A DNA stretch of 64,000 bases from Lama guanicoe (Eukaryota), in assembly GCA_013239625.1 (NCBI GenBank), contig MU053873.1, forward strand, positions 696,524 to 760,523, read 5' to 3'. The translations under genes were made by a program, and so were the position numbers. The stretch's first letter is position 1. The number at the start of each line of letters is the position of its first letter. The notes under the pieces are model-generated. The model had not been told where the DNA came from and made no database searches. It saw only the letters and a program-made list of their open reading frames with translations. Below are positions 22,701 to 34,679 of this stretch, piece by piece.

Positions 22701-25700
22701 CACTGACTTGACTTGGTGAAGTCCTCTTACTACACAGTAGATGATAGGAGTGACTGCGGCCTACTGGAAATTGAGTGGGCGGGGCAGAGCAGAGCACCAG
22801 CATTCTACACCAGTGGAAAGAGTGTGAGAGTGAGATTTGGCAGGCCTTATCAGGTTGACAAACTTAGGCCACCTTTTTCTGTTTCTGTCTTAAGGTGCTG
22901 GGGTTTCTCTGCAGCTCAGCTCAGTCCAGGGTTGTCCTCACTTGGGCTGTGGGAGGAGGACTGGTGGGTTCCTGTGGGGGGCTTGAGGAGGGTGAGTAGA
23001 GGCACAGTAATGACAGCCACGGGCGGAGCTTCCCCAGAAAGACCTGACTGCGGCCACTTGTTCCACAGGAAGAAGGGAGGAGGGCCGAGGGGTGAGATAG
23101 GGTCACCTGGCCTGGCAGCTCTCCCAGCCCTGCCCCACCTGCTTCGACTGAGTCCTCATGTCAGCTGTAGGAAGACCAGTGAGGGAGGCACAGAGCTGGT
23201 GCCTGGTGGGGTGGGGCTCTTCCCATGGCTGCCTGATAGTGTGTTCTCCGAGTTTCGACCCTGCACTAATAGTCCATGCCCCATTCAGGCTGCATCCTTG
23301 GTCCCTGTGCTTGAGTGTTGCTGGACCACCCTGAGCATTCTGGATGAAATTGACCCTGTTCCCACCTCACGCCAGCAGAGGGAGCTCGGGGCTTGCTTCT
23401 TCAGAGCACCCAGTTGCACTGCTCAGCCAGCACTCCTGGTCCAGTGAGCCGCTCAAGGGCCCAGTGAGGGCCCTGACCACAGTGGAGCTCCTTGCCGTGA
23501 GCATTCTGCCTGCTGACTTCCCAGCTGTCCTCCCTGCTAAATCACAGGGCTGCAGGCTGGCTTCATTGCACGCTGAAGTCCAGCTCCTCGCTAGGCTCTG
23601 CACATGCAGTGATGGGGGCAGGACTGCAGGATGGGCATTAATTATAATATCCCCTCCCAGGGTGCCTGTGGGAGTCAGGTCAAATGCTTAGTATAAGTGA
23701 GGTACTTGGTAAATGACAGCCGTGTTTGTCATCATCAAATTATCTAACTGACAGTAGCTCTACAAGGTGAGGAAACCGAAGCTCTACAGAATTAAGGAGT
23801 GCCCCAAGGTCACAGATAGTGAGTGGAGAGTGATGATTAGAAACTGGCCAGGCCTGGGTACCACCGTACTACACTACTGTCATCACCGTAGGCCCCAAAA
23901 AGGGAGGAGGCCCAAAAGGAAACACCACCCTCAAGCCAGGATTAGCTCTTCAAGGGCCTCCAGGTGTTGTCTAGCTCATCCTCCTATTTTACAGATGGAG
24001 AAACTGAGGTTCAGGGGCACATGTCCAGTTATTGAAGCCCTGGGCCTAGACTTCAGACTCCCAGCCCAGAAGCCTTTGCCTAAGTACAGGCTGCTTTGGC
24101 CCCATGGAGACACCAGCCTGGTATATGGTTTTATTTACTTATCTACTCAGACATAGGGATCCTTTTTAAAAACTTTTTAATATAATCAGAGTATCACACT
24201 GATTCCTTAAGATCATCCAATATCCAGTCGGAATTCAGATTTCCTTGATTTTCTCATGAGTGTTTTTTGTTAGTTTTGTTTTGCTGTTACGGTTTGGGTT
24301 GGAATCTGGATCTTTATAAGGTCCACATGTTGCAGTCAGAGGAGGCTCCTCTCAAGTATCTTTCCATCTAAATGTTCCACTGTCTTTTTATTTGTTGAGG
24401 AAAGTAGGTGGTTTGCTGTGTAGGTTTCCCCTAGGCTGGATTTTGATGATTGTGTCCGTGCCGTACTGTTTAACGTGTTATTCCTGCTCCCTGTATTTCC
24501 TGTAAATTGGAGTTGGGGTTACAGGCTTGATCAGATTCCAGGTTTTGTCGGGGAGGAAGGGTGTGCAGGACTGTGTCATAGATGTTGCGTGCTTTCATCA
24601 GGGCGCGCAGGCTGACTCTGTTTTTGAGACGTTAGCAGCACTGACAGTTGCTGTCAGGATCTCTAATTCATTAGGAAATTCATGTTTTTATTATAAACAT
24701 TTTAGTCAGAATTATATCAACCTTGCTGAATTTTTCTCAAGAAATTGTTTTCCAGGATGATTTCCATTCTGCCATTTTAATTCATTAATTAATTTTTCAT
24801 TAAGGTATGAGGTTATTTTTAATTATTTCCTATTTTTATTTTACTAAGATTTTTTAAAATCTCTTTTAAAATTTTATAAGATTTGACTGAATAGTTTTTT
24901 GAGTAGTTACATTTTTATGACTGTATATAGCCTCCTCTTCAATGTCCTTTTTTTTTTTTTACCAAATTCAGTTGCCCTGAGCCACATATTGCAGATGTAA
25001 ATTTGTCAAGAAGATTTGATTCAGCTCTCAGATTTTGTCCATTTAAAATGTTAATCTCGTGCAGGTTTAGCTGTCCTGTTTTAATTTGATTTATTCAGTG
25101 TATTAGTAACAGTCACTAAACATTGGCTAAAAGACTGACAGTTCTTATTCGTTTTCCAGCCAGTTGTCTGTGAGGCAGTGAAGGGGACAGAGACCCTGGT
25201 GGTGGGGGGAGCGTGCTGGGGGAGACAGTCTGGGCAAGACAGGGGACAGGGAAGAGCCAGAAGCTGCCACTCTCCTGGGGCTCAGTCCCTGGAGGCCTGC
25301 GGGGCTCAGAGCAGTGGGATCGGCCTCCGCCTGATGCTCTCCCTGAAGGTGAAGCAGAGCCCCCGCTGATAAAAGGAAGGAATGGGCCTCGTTGTGATTA
25401 AATTACTCCATTCTCCCCCTGCCCGTCTTTTCTCTGATTGTCACATTGAATTACAGGCTGTGCCTAAGTCTTCCGAGTGGGTGGCGGTGGCATCACTGTC
25501 TTACTCTGCTTATAGCACTAGGTCACCTTGTCTCCAGTCTGTGTGATATATCTTTTTCTGGGAATATTAAAGGGGCCTGTTTCTGTGAGAGCATGAGATT
25601 TGGTAAAATGTAAGATGGACACAGCATCAAAGCAGCATAGTGGTTCTCTAGGGAAGAAGGGAGTCTGTTTTGCTTCTATGAAAACTCTGGTTTTCCCTAT

Positions 25701-28700
25701 TTCTGGGGTCACAGGGCTTTGCGCCCCTGAGGAAAGGCTCTGGTCACCGTATGACTCTTGAAGGAATAGGTTTCTAAAAAAAACTGTTGGTTAAGAGTAC
25801 TGCTGTCTTTGATCGTACAGTGTAAATCCTGGCTCCAGTGCTTACTAGCAACATGATCTTGGACAAGCCGCATCTTTCAGAGCCTGGAATTTTCCCTCCC
25901 GAATGGAAATGGTAGTTCTCCCGACCTTGTAGGGTTGTGAGGATCTGATGATCTCAGGCACATAAAAGGTTGCCCACAGGAAGCATTCAGTAAATGGTGG
26001 CTTTGATCATCAGTGAGAGGCAGCGTTACCATTCCCAAATGCCCACGTCTGCATCAAGGCAAGGGGTTGGCCGACCTTCTCACTGCAGTCTCTTCCCTCT
26101 TCCAGTGACTTGCTGTCTCCTGACTCAGTCCTGAGCTGTTTGTATCCTGGGGATCACGGAAAGAAAACTCCAAATCCAGCCAATCAGTATCAGTTTGATA
26201 AAGTGGGGTGAGTCAGCGGCATTTCCTTTTCTCCCAGCCTCTGCTTCTGAGTTTCTCCAATGGCTCAAACCCGAAGCTGGAGGCGTGTTAGGGCCAGAGG
26301 CCTCCCAGGGGGCAGGGGAGACTGCAGGGCGGGAGGGAATGCTCTGTTTCCAGAAGGGAGCACGTCTTATCCTGCTTACAAGGCCATGGAGGCTGGGGAA
26401 AGGTGGAAGGATCAGAACTCTGGGAACTTGATAATAGAAGTGTTTAACATTTTAATGTTCTGATGATTAAAATTTTAAAAATATTTTACAAATGGGTAGA
26501 CTGATGAAGAGATCAAATACACTGCTTTTTTACTGAGATTGAAAAGTTGAAGTCTGCCAGGGAAAGAAGAGAAAAGAAAGTATGGGAGAGATGAAATTCA
26601 CAGTAGGGAATTGATGAAGTTAACAGGCTTTGCTGGCAGCCTGGCTGTGAGCAAGGCTAAGCCGGTGAGACCTCTCTGTTGAGATGAGATGGGAGGGGGA
26701 CATATCCCAGGACCACTGCAGAAAGGACTTACAAAATCATTTCATTCTGTGTTCTTTTCTGCAGCATCCTGACTTTGAGAGACTATGTACTTGACCTCGG
26801 TCACCCCTATCTGTGGGTGCAGAAGCTGGGTGGCCTCCACTTCCCCAAAGAGCAGCCCCAGGTGTGGACACTGATCTGGTCCCCTTGACTAAGGAGCTCT
26901 ATTCCTCTCCTCTACAGAATCCAGAAGGGCTTCTGATGGCCTTTGGGACTTTAAATTAGCAGAATGCTATCCCTCTAGGCTATGATCCATCCTCCCTCCA
27001 CTCAGCATACTAAGATGTCCAAGGCCTACAAGTGTTTAGGTACCTCTTAACCTTTGCCCTGAGCCTGGTAGCACTCTAGATCAAAGTAACTTGGACTCTT
27101 GCTCTGTGTACAGCACAGCTCCATGTGCTGCTACCCCTCAGTCTTATGTACGAAGGCACCAGAAATGAACCCCAGACGATCTGGCACCTCAGCAGAAGCC
27201 TGCCTTTTCCACAGCCTCCTAAGAAACCAGCAGCTTGTATCTTTCCTGCTGGGACTTAACCTCTGGCCTGTCACAGCAGGGAAACCCTGCCATTCGGACA
27301 AGGCATCCATCTTAGGGCCTGGGTGGTTCAGTCTGCCACAGATAGGCAGGTCCTTGGAAAGAGAGGGTACTGGGAGGAACGGATGGGGAGCATTCACCTG
27401 TGTGCCACTTGCTGTCATCCACAGCACACTGTGATTGCTGACCACTCACTGAGTGCCAGCCACATGGAGACCACCATGAAACTGCTGAAGACCAGGGTGC
27501 AGTCCCGCCTGGCCCTCCACAAGCAGTTTGCCTCCCTGGGTAAGCTGGTGTCGTTAGAGCTGAGAGCCGCTGAGACAACATGGGGCAGAGACAACAGGGC
27601 CCTGCACTGAGTCCTTGAATCCTGATGACAAATCAGAGCAGGCTGGCTTCCTGGCTCGTGCTGAGCTGGGGTGTTACCTGGGCCACTGGGGAGACTGCAG
27701 GCCTCCAAACAGAGGTCTGAGCTCCCCTCAGAGCCATCAGGGCTATCCCAGCCCAGAAGAGTCCCAAAGCCTTTTGGGGGCTCAGGTTAGCAGATTGGCC
27801 AGGAGCACTCACCCTAAGTCAGTGCAGGTCAGGCTTTGATGTGCACTTGACAGATATTAACAGGAGCCTAATTCTTGCCAGGCAGCCGGTATGTCCTGGG
27901 GTAAGAGCCATGAGCACAACAGAGCCCTGCTTTTGTGGAGTGTACCCTCAGCTTACCTGAGTACAGCTGTCCGGGGATCCGCCCCACATCCCTCCCCTGA
28001 GGCTGGGCCCCTGTGGTTGCCATAAGCTCCCAGGTGATTCTCATGAGCCCTTGACCAAGGTGGTGGCTATATGGAGCTTCTTTTCATTTATTCGTTCAGT
28101 ACATGCTTGTCACCGCCTACCATGTACAAGGCGCTTGTGGAGAGTAAGGGTTTAGACCTTTCTGACCTAAAAAGAGTCACTGACAGGAGAGGCTTTGGGT
28201 TCCCAGGACCCACCTGGAGGCCCCGCCCCTGTGGGCCAGTTCCTGTGCTCCAGGTGGACCCTGGTTTCTCCAGGGCAGCGCTGCTTGCTTCCCATCAGCT
28301 TTCTTGAGCTTGTTTTGTCTCAAGGTTGGATGACAGCGTTTACTGTGTTGGCATGTTTGCTTATTGAAATGCCAGCAGGAATTTACCCCAGAGCAGTCCT
28401 CCTGCTCGGCTCTCTTAGAGGAACTGACACAGAACACCTCAGTCTTTCCTGCATCAAGGTCGGCTGTGAGAACAGCCCCCTCGGCTGTTTGATCTAATTG
28501 ACAGTCACTGCTGCAGAGACACCATCACAGGTTTTGGCTGCAAGGGTTTTTTGTTTTTCTGGCCATCGTTTGCATTGAGGATAAAGCACTGTGAATGCTC
28601 GTGCTGCGTCTGGCCACAAGCACGTAGCACTGGGTGAAGGTCAGGTTGGTGTGCCTTAACTCCTGGCACTGTTGACCTTGGCACCTGCTGAGTACCAAGT

Positions 28701-31700
28701 GTCCCTGGACAGCCGGCAGGGCCATCTGAGCCCTCCAGAGGATACTAGTTCCCCAGCTGTGGCACCTGATTTCTCCCTGTGACACCACCTGTCCTGCTCT
28801 CTTCTAGAACATGGCATTGTGCCAGTTACCAGCGATTGCCAGTACCTCTTCCCTGCAAAGGTGGTCTCTCGCCTGGTGAAGTGGGTGACAATTGCCCATG
28901 AGGATTACATGGTAGGTAGAGGTGTGAGAGGCCACAGGTGCTGTCCTGCGGACTGCCAGCCTACCTCACCTTTCAGCTCCTGCTCCTCCACCAGAAGGGT
29001 GGGGGGTGTGACTAGAGGAGCCAGAAGTTCACCTTGTCTGTGGCGACTTCTAGGAGCTGCATTTCACCAAAGACATCGTGGAGACAGGACTGGCTGGGGA
29101 CACCAATCTCTACTACATGGCACTCGTGGAAAGGGGCACAGGTAATTGCTTTGCTGATCACAGTGGTTCTAGGGAAGGGGGGCCGCTGGGAGTAAAACAG
29201 TCCTGGGAGTTGCCCAACGGAAGCAAAAGATCCTGGAATCCTGCCACGGGGGACTTAGCAAATGCCACGGTTGTGAGAGGCACCGCTCAGTGAGGACTTG
29301 CTCTGCAGCACAGTCACATCCGCTGTATCTCATTTGGTCCTCATCGCAGCCCTGGAGGTGGCGACAGTCCCATTTTGTGGAGAGGAGGCTAGGGCTTAGT
29401 CACAAACCCAGTCTGCCCTCTGAGCCTGAGCTCTTTGCCCCTGTACTCTACTTCTGTGGAGAATTAGACGCCTGCTTTTCCCCCTCGTCACAGAAGGGCT
29501 GTCGCTCTCGGGGTGTGAAGTGCAGAGTGCAGGACCTTCCTCCCTCTCTGCAGTTCCTGCCCTCACTTGGGAGACCCGGAAAGCGGTGAGTCCTCCTGGC
29601 TGTCCTGGCATCTGATTGGCTGGGGCTACCTGCTGTAGCCACCCCAGTGCCACCCACAGCTCTGTTGTCGGGCCCCAGCCTGGGCAGGCCTGGCGCTGCC
29701 CCAGGCTCTCAGCCCAGGGGCTCAGGCTGAGGCCACAGGACAGAGGGAGTTGTCTGGTTCTAAGATAGTGAGAGGCACATTGGGGAAGGTTGCACTCTTC
29801 AATGTTTGAGTTTCTCTACCTCGATGTCTTCCCTTCTCTTTTTCTTCATGTGTTTTTAGAAGTATTCTGAGGAAATTAAATATTTCAGATACACTTAAGG
29901 CTCCTGGATCCCACTTCATTCTCACCCTCGTGATAGGTGACTGCTGTTTGGGATTTTGCATTTGCTTCACATCCTCTCCCTCTTTAAAAAGTACTTCTAT
30001 CTCATCCCTAAACCACATTGACACACTGTTTTTTGTTTTTTTTAATTGAAGTGTAGTTGGTTTACAATGTTAGTTTCAGGCGTACAGCAAAGTGATTCAG
30101 TTATACACATACATACATATATATTTTTTCTTTTCAGATTCTTTTTCTATTATGTGTTATCACAAAAAACTGAATATAGCTCCCTGTGCTATACCATAGG
30201 TCCTTGTTTATCTATTTTATATATAGTAACGTGTTAGACTTACTGTTTTGAAAGGGTGCAAAATATGCAATCCCCCCTCAGAATCATTATTAGTGTGAAA
30301 TAAAATGTATGTAAAGGGCTTAACACAGTGCTTGGAATACAGTAAGTACTCAATAAATGTTGGCTCTTAAAAAGCTTCACATAACATACAAGTAAAGAAC
30401 AGAATGGAGGAAATGTATTTGACTGATGTAACGGCTAATACACAATATTGTTGAAGAGGAAAAACAGGTAGTAAGGCTTCACATGGAAAAAAATCTTTTT
30501 AACTTACTGGCAGATAGAGAAGTGCCAATTAAAACAAACTTCTGTTTGGAGGAGTAAAGAGAACTCTTGGGAAACCCAAAGTGGACCAGACCCTGGGGAG
30601 TCCACATACCTCTGTGTCCTTGGAGGACCAGAGTCACAGGACCTTACGTTCTGCAACTGGGTGATTCCACTTTGGAGATTCTAGAACAGAAGTAAAAGTC
30701 GGTACCGGAATGTGCTGTGCGGCCCTCGGACTAACATGAGACATGAGAGCTGAGCTCGGGTTCATTTGGGGGGGGGCGCGGGCTGGCGGGCTGCCTCTCA
30801 GAGCTGAGTGTTCCTCCTCTCCGCTCCCTTCCCAGCTAAACTCCAGGCTGCTGTGGTGCTGAACCCTGGCTACTCCTCCATCCCACCCATTTTCCAGCTC
30901 TGTCTAAACTGGAAAGGGGAGAAAACCAACAACAATGATGACAACATTCGGGTAAGGCCCTGCTAGGGGTGACGGGAGGAGCAGGGAGAACCTCCCTGGG
31001 GAGGGGACAGTGGCAGAGCCTGCTGCAGCTGAAGGCTTGGGCGCTGGCACAACTCCCGGGACAGAGGGGCCTGCTGGGATCTGTAGGATTTGCTGGAGGC
31101 TTCATGATGTAGTGGAGAAAAGAGCCCAGACTCATCTTCTCAACCCCTCACCTAGCTTGGGGTCCACAGGTTCACCCCATTTATAAACTGAGAATAATAT
31201 AAATAACCTACCTTGAAAGGTGATTGTCTTGGGCTTCTGTGTAAATGTGAATAAGTTCAGATGCACAGAAAGTGCTGGAGTGAGATGATGTGTGAGATCA
31301 TTGCTCCTGTTAAGTATAATTATGCCTGTTGATTTGATTCCAAAGCTGCCTTGTGGCCGTGGAACCCTGTTTTTAACCATAACACCTGACTTGGATCTTG
31401 AGATTCCTTCTCTACACACCTTCGTCTTTTGGCTTGGGCATGCAGGGCAGGGAAAGTTCTGGGTCGGAATCAGGAAGACCCTGTTGTCTTGAGGATAGAG
31501 AGAGCCTCAGGGCAAGCCAGTCGGACTCCATCTGCAGAGACCCAACTCCTGCAGAGGCCCAGGAGCAGTTCTTGTGAAACCATCCGGGCCAGCTGGTCTG
31601 AAGGTGGTGCTGAATTTTGGGCTTTCCCACCCCGCAGGCCATGGAGAGCGAGGTCAACGTGTGCTACAAGGAGCTGTGCGGCCCCCGGCCCAGCCACCAG

Positions 31701-33673
31701 CTCTTGACCAACCAGCTGCAGCGCCTGTGCGTGCTGCTGGACGTCTACCTGGAGACCGAGAGCCACGACGACAGTGTGGAGGGGCCCAAGGAATTTCCCC
31801 AGGAAAAGATGTGTCTGCGGCTTTTTAGGTGAGGAGGTCGGGAGCACCAGGGCCTGGGCCCTCCAGCCCTGCTTCTCACAGGGCCTGGGGCAGAGGTGAG
31901 CCTGGCATGGAGGGCACACATGTTCCCAGGTGCGCTTGTCTCCTTTCACAGTGGAGATGAAAATCCTGCTGCCAGAGCTCCTGCGGAGAACTTGCTCCCT
32001 TCTCCCTGAAACTTCCCCTGTGGCCCCCATCCTGCCGGTCCGGTCCAGTTCTTCATGAACACCCCCACGGTGGGCTGCCCAGTGAGTGAGCAGCACTGGA
32101 CTAGGAACCAAGAGGATTTGGCTGAACTTCCTTTCTCTACTTCCTACAGAAAGCAATAGGTTTTCATTTTATTGTCCAAATAAGCTTTTCTAACAACACA
32201 CACCACCCCCAGTCCCCAGCCTCTGCTCTACTTTCTGGGGCACACACGTCCGGGAAGATCGCAGCTGCAGGCAATCGGGCATCCCAGAAGGAACCAGCTC
32301 TGAAGTAACATGAACACAAGTGCAGGTCTCTGCTTCCCTGCTCACCAGCTGTGTGACTTTGGAAGAGTCACTCCAGCTCAGCTGAGCCTTTCCTAAAGGC
32401 TGAAATGGAAGTGTTACGTTTAACTGGTGATGAATTAGAGATGATTTATGTAAAGGATCCTGGCACAGTCAGGGACTCAGAACACGCCAGCAGGTCCCGA
32501 CAGCTTGGTAGTCAGCGTGTCTGCGCGCACAGCACTTCGAGCTGCTTTTCCTTTCACTTGGTGTCAGGTCCTTTCTTTCTCTTTTATTCCTTAACTCATG
32601 TTCTTGTTCTTCAAGAGTCAGTTTCAGAACAGTCCGCACTGCTCAGGCATCGCTTCCCTTTCGGGCAAGGACTTGGGGATGGTTGGTGTCTGGGAAGGGC
32701 TGTAATCTATCTAATCAGGGCGGATGTTCCCTGTCAGTCCAAAAGGTGCCTTAGCTGCCCCTCACCTCCTCACATACCTGGGCCCAGCCTCTGGAAGCTG
32801 TCCCTGCATCCTCCCGTCTCTGTCTGGCACCTTCACCGGCCTAGTTTGTCCTGCTGTCTGATAATCACCAGCTCCAGCCCCACAGTGGCTGCTGAGGGCA
32901 GAGCTGGTGGCTGGATGTTGGTACCTTCTAGGACTCGCTCTCCCTGGTGGGTCTGTGTGAGACCTCAGCCTTCCCCACCCTCCAAGCCTGCTGCAGCACA
33001 TCTCTAAAGTGGGAGTTCTCACACAGCCAGTGTTTATTTTGTTACCTAATGGTTCCCAAAGGACCTGCTTCCTGAAGTGCTTTGTGTGTCGCCCAGGCTC
33101 AGCTCCTCTGTCAGGGCATTTTGGGGAGGTGCTCCTTTGGCTCCTCAGATCCAATTAACTCCATGGCTGGTGAGATGTGGGACATGAGGTTCTTGGCTTG
33201 GAGTCCAGCTGACCACTGGGATCAGGCCAAGGGGCTAGGCTGCAAATGCTGGTCTAGGCCGCAGGAAACATCGGCTCTGGCTCTGCCCGTGGCTGGGTAC
33301 CTTCAGGCTGTGGGTTTTCCATCAGCTGTATGCCTCCCTAGACTTAGCCGGATGAGTCTGCACCCTTCTCTTGTTAGGAGGTACATGACATCACGGTTGT
33401 GAGCCAAGGCTTTAGGGCCAGAAAGGCATAGGTTCAAATCACAGCTTCTACCTGTGTGATTCGGGTGTGTACTTAGACCCCTGAGCTTCAGATTCCTCAT
33501 CTGTAGAACAGCATGGGAGGGTGTTGTTGGGAGGGTGAAATTAAACCTGGTGGAGCATGTAAAGTGCCAAGCACAGTGCAAGACACACCCACACACACAC
33601 ACATGTAAAGTGCCAAGCACAGTGCAAGACACACACACACACACACACACGTAAAGTGCCAAGCACAGTGCAA

Positions 33674-33706
<33 letters not shown>

Positions 33707-34558
33707 CCTCTCACCCTCCCTCCCTGAGTCCAAGATCCAAGGTGTCACCTTCTGGCTACCATTGAATGTCAGTCATAGGCAGACAAACCAAGAGGCCCTT
33801 AGCTGGACATCATTCTCTGTGGACTTGTGTGGAAGACAACCCTGTGTGAACTTTTGCTCGGGGTCCAGGATTACAGCTGAAGCACCTCAGCTTCGGGGGC
33901 CCAGGTTTGGCCGTGACTGTCAGCTGCCTGTGGCCAGCAGGCTTTGGCATCAGCCCTGGTTTTGAATTTGGGCTGTGCTGCTTTCTGACCGTATAATGTT
34001 GGGCAGACACTTTACCTTCCTGAGCCTGTTCCTTCATGTGTAAAATCTATACAGCGACAGAAATAGCATCTAAGAAGTGAGTATAAAGCACGCAACCCTC
34101 AGCTGGCATTTAGTGCAGATTCTCTTCACACCCAGGCTCCTTCCTGCATGGGAATCTCCCTTATAAAGAGGATTTAAAAAAAAATTTTTTTTTAATCATG
34201 GAAATTAAACACGTTAGTTGTGTAAAAACACTACAAAATGAGGATGCCCAAGCCCTGGCCCCCAAGCTGCCCGTTGTCAGCGACTTACAGGTTTGTGTTC
34301 ATGCCTTTGCAAGCACATAAAGATGTTTTTTCAGAAATGCTCTCCCACCTTTCGTATCGTTCTGCAGTCTGCTTTTCTTACAACATTCCTTTTTTTCCCT
34401 TTTAACAGCTATGTAGTAGTCCCTTGTGTGGATGAATTGTAATTTATCACTCCGAAGGATATGGTATTAACTGATCTTTCTCCTGTTTCTCTAGGGGTCC
34501 CAGCAGGATGAAGCCATTTAAATATAACCATCCTCAAGGATTCTTCAGCCATCGCTGA
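7693..34558 (+). CDS. THOC5: THOC5 (THO complex subunit 5 / FMIP), complete CDS 683 aa; join(7693..7788,9179..9322,10251..10364,10509..10606,12455..12601,14015..14129,17075..17207,19889..19966,20622..20662,20895..20994,22426..22534,26106..26207,26765..26861,27425..27539,28808..28911,29054..29141,30836..30951,31638..31828,34495..34558)
   Basis: 19 GT-AG exons with matching phases sum to 2052 nt. The protein starts [18 protein letters not shown] and ends [20 protein letters not shown], the same length and termini as mammalian THOC5. Confidence 0.97.
8410..8628 (-). mobile_element. L1 3'-end fragment (L1MA-like)
   Basis: T-rich start then aattgaggtataattgacatataacattatatt...tcttagcaactttcaaatatacagtacagtattattaact; actctct on both flanks is a possible short TSD. 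Confidence 0.75.
9179..9322 (+). CDS. THOC5: THOC5 coding exon (144 bp)
   Basis: cacag|GAAGGT...GATGCG|gtaagg; [24 protein letters not shown]... Confidence 0.95.
10251..10364 (+). CDS. THOC5: THOC5 coding exon (114 bp)
   Basis: tgcag|GCAGTT...CATGAG|gtagga; [38 protein letters not shown]. Confidence 0.95.
10509..10606 (+). CDS. THOC5: THOC5 coding exon (98 bp)
   Basis: ttcag|GCCAAG...TTTAA|gtgagt; [32 protein letters not shown]. Confidence 0.95.
12455..12601 (+). CDS. THOC5: THOC5 coding exon (147 bp)
   Basis: gcag|GTCAAAG...AAAAG|gtagtg; [48 protein letters not shown]. Confidence 0.95.
13700..13915 (+). mobile_element. MIR SINE
   Basis: tagctggatgacctcaggcaagttacct...gccttcgtttcctc...gcacatagtgagtgct. 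Confidence 0.65.
14015..14129 (+). CDS. THOC5: THOC5 coding exon (115 bp)
   Basis: aacag|GCTGGCA...ATGCAG|gtgagg; [38 protein letters not shown]. Confidence 0.95.
15280..16950 (-). mobile_element. Old L1 (L1M/L1ME-type) 3' and ORF2 fragments
   Basis: Antisense L1 motifs: atatacccaggagtgaaaccgttgggtcatag, ccacatcctcgctaacacttg, atctcatggttttaatttccatttccctg, tagaatccatagatcactttggggagaattgacatc. Confidence 0.75.
17075..17207 (+). CDS. THOC5: THOC5 coding exon (133 bp)
   Basis: ttcag|GCTTCT...TGTG|gtgagt; [44 protein letters not shown]. Confidence 0.95.
17880..17912 (+). CDS. THOC5: THOC5 putative alternative 33-nt cassette exon (adds [11 protein letters not shown])
   Basis: Long pyrimidine tract, then catcag|CTCATATG...AGACAGG|gtgagt; phase 1-1, frame-preserving, no stop. 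Confidence 0.7.
19010..19718 (+). mobile_element. L1 fragment (ORF2 end + part of 3'UTR), flanked by a 12-bp TSD AAGACTTAGGTT
   Basis: ORF2 C-terminal peptides [16 protein letters not shown] and [36 protein letters not shown]; direct repeats at 18998-19009 and 19719-19730. Confidence 0.9.
19889..19966 (+). CDS. THOC5: THOC5 coding exon (78 bp)
   Basis: cccag|ATAAGACG...CAAG|gtaacg; [26 protein letters not shown]. Confidence 0.95.
20324..20378 (+). repeat. Compound trinucleotide repeat (CTG/TTG/CCA) at the 3' end of a MIR (~20110-20310)
   Basis: ctgctgctgctgttgttgctgatgttattgttgttaccaccaccaccacca. Confidence 0.7.
20622..20662 (+). CDS. THOC5: THOC5 coding exon (41 bp)
   Basis: tgcag|ATGACGAG...ACCACG|gtgagc; [14 protein letters not shown]. 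Confidence 0.95.
20895..20994 (+). CDS. THOC5: THOC5 coding exon (100 bp)
   Basis: tctag|AAGCGC...AAAG|gtctgg; [33 protein letters not shown]. Confidence 0.95.
21645..22270 (-). mobile_element. L1MC/MD-type 3'UTR fragment
   Basis: aacatcttacttaatcacagtacagttatcaaaa...tgtcctttttctgttccaggatccaaacccaggatttcacgttgc...actggtgatgttaacctggatcacttggt. Confidence 0.65.
22426..22534 (+). CDS. THOC5: THOC5 coding exon (109 bp)
   Basis: tccag|ATGACAGT...GCAGG|gtactg; [37 protein letters not shown]. Confidence 0.95.
24160..24670 (-). mobile_element. Old L1MC-type 3'UTR fragment
   Basis: ccaatatccagtcggaattcagatttcctt...ttgttgaggaaagtaggtggtttg...ctgtatttcctgtaaattgg...ggcttgatcagattc. Confidence 0.5.
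26106..26207 (+). CDS. THOC5: THOC5 coding exon (102 bp)
   Basis: tccag|TGACTTG...GTGGG|gtgagt; [34 protein letters not shown]. Confidence 0.95.
26765..26861 (+). CDS. THOC5: THOC5 coding exon (97 bp)
   Basis: tgcag|CATCCTG...CCCCAG|gtgtgg; [32 protein letters not shown]. Confidence 0.95.
27425..27539 (+). CDS. THOC5: THOC5 coding exon (115 bp)
   Basis: cacag|CACACT...CTGG|gtaagc; [38 protein letters not shown]. Confidence 0.95.
28808..28911 (+). CDS. THOC5: THOC5 coding exon (104 bp)
   Basis: tctag|AACATGG...TACATG|gtaggt; [35 protein letters not shown]. Confidence 0.95.
29054..29141 (+). CDS. THOC5: THOC5 coding exon (88 bp)
   Basis: tctag|GAGCTG...ACAG|gtaatt; [29 protein letters not shown]. 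Confidence 0.95.
30030..30240 (-). mobile_element. Short 5'-truncated L1 3' end (artiodactyl type)
   Basis: ttttttaattgaagtgtagttggtttacaatgttagtttcaggcgtacagcaaagtgattcagttatac...tccctgtgctataccataggtccttg. Confidence 0.85.
30836..30951 (+). CDS. THOC5: THOC5 coding exon (116 bp)
   Basis: cccag|CTAAACTC...ATTCGG|gtaagg; [39 protein letters not shown]. Confidence 0.95.
31638..31828 (+). CDS. THOC5: THOC5 coding exon (191 bp)
   Basis: cgcag|GCCATG...TTTAG|gtgagg; [64 protein letters not shown]. Confidence 0.95.
33396..33585 (+). mobile_element. MIR SINE whose 3' end seeds the adjacent tandem repeat
   Basis: ggttcaaatcacagcttct...ctgagcttcagattcctcatctgta...catgtaaagtgccaagcacagtgc. Confidence 0.7.
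33559..33705 (+). repeat. 3 x 46-bp tandem repeat: GTAAAGTGCCAAGCACAGTGCAAGA + (CA)n
   Basis: Identical 25-bp units start at 33559, 33605 and 33651, each followed by a CA tract. Confidence 0.9.
34495..34558 (+). CDS. THOC5: THOC5 last exon, coding part to TGA
   Basis: tctag|GGGTCCC...[26 protein letters not shown]. Confidence 0.95.
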
Positions 34559-34673
34559 CCTCCCACTCAGGCTGTTGTTCCCCCCAGACTCCAAGTGCTG
34601 CGCCTCTGCTTCCTGCTCTGGCACACATGTGGCTCTTGATAGTCTCCAAAGACAGGTTTTCTATTTCTAGCCT

Positions 34674-34679
34674 ATTAAA
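34674..34679 (+). terminator. THOC5: Candidate proximal THOC5 polyadenylation signal ATTAAA
   Basis: ATTAAA 116 nt after the stop, with a U/GU-rich tttgtctgtg downstream. Confidence 0.45.

Noticed and set aside
22713..23447. 244-aa intronic ORF (also 32405-33007, 31470-32156, 827-1420 and similar)
   Set aside because: No recognisable domain, mostly non-ATG starts, GC-rich intron or antisense to exons; consistent with chance.
33559..33705. CRISPR-like repeat-spacer appearance
   Set aside because: Mammalian intron; the 'spacers' are CA microsatellite, the repeat is a MIR tail, and there are no cas genes.
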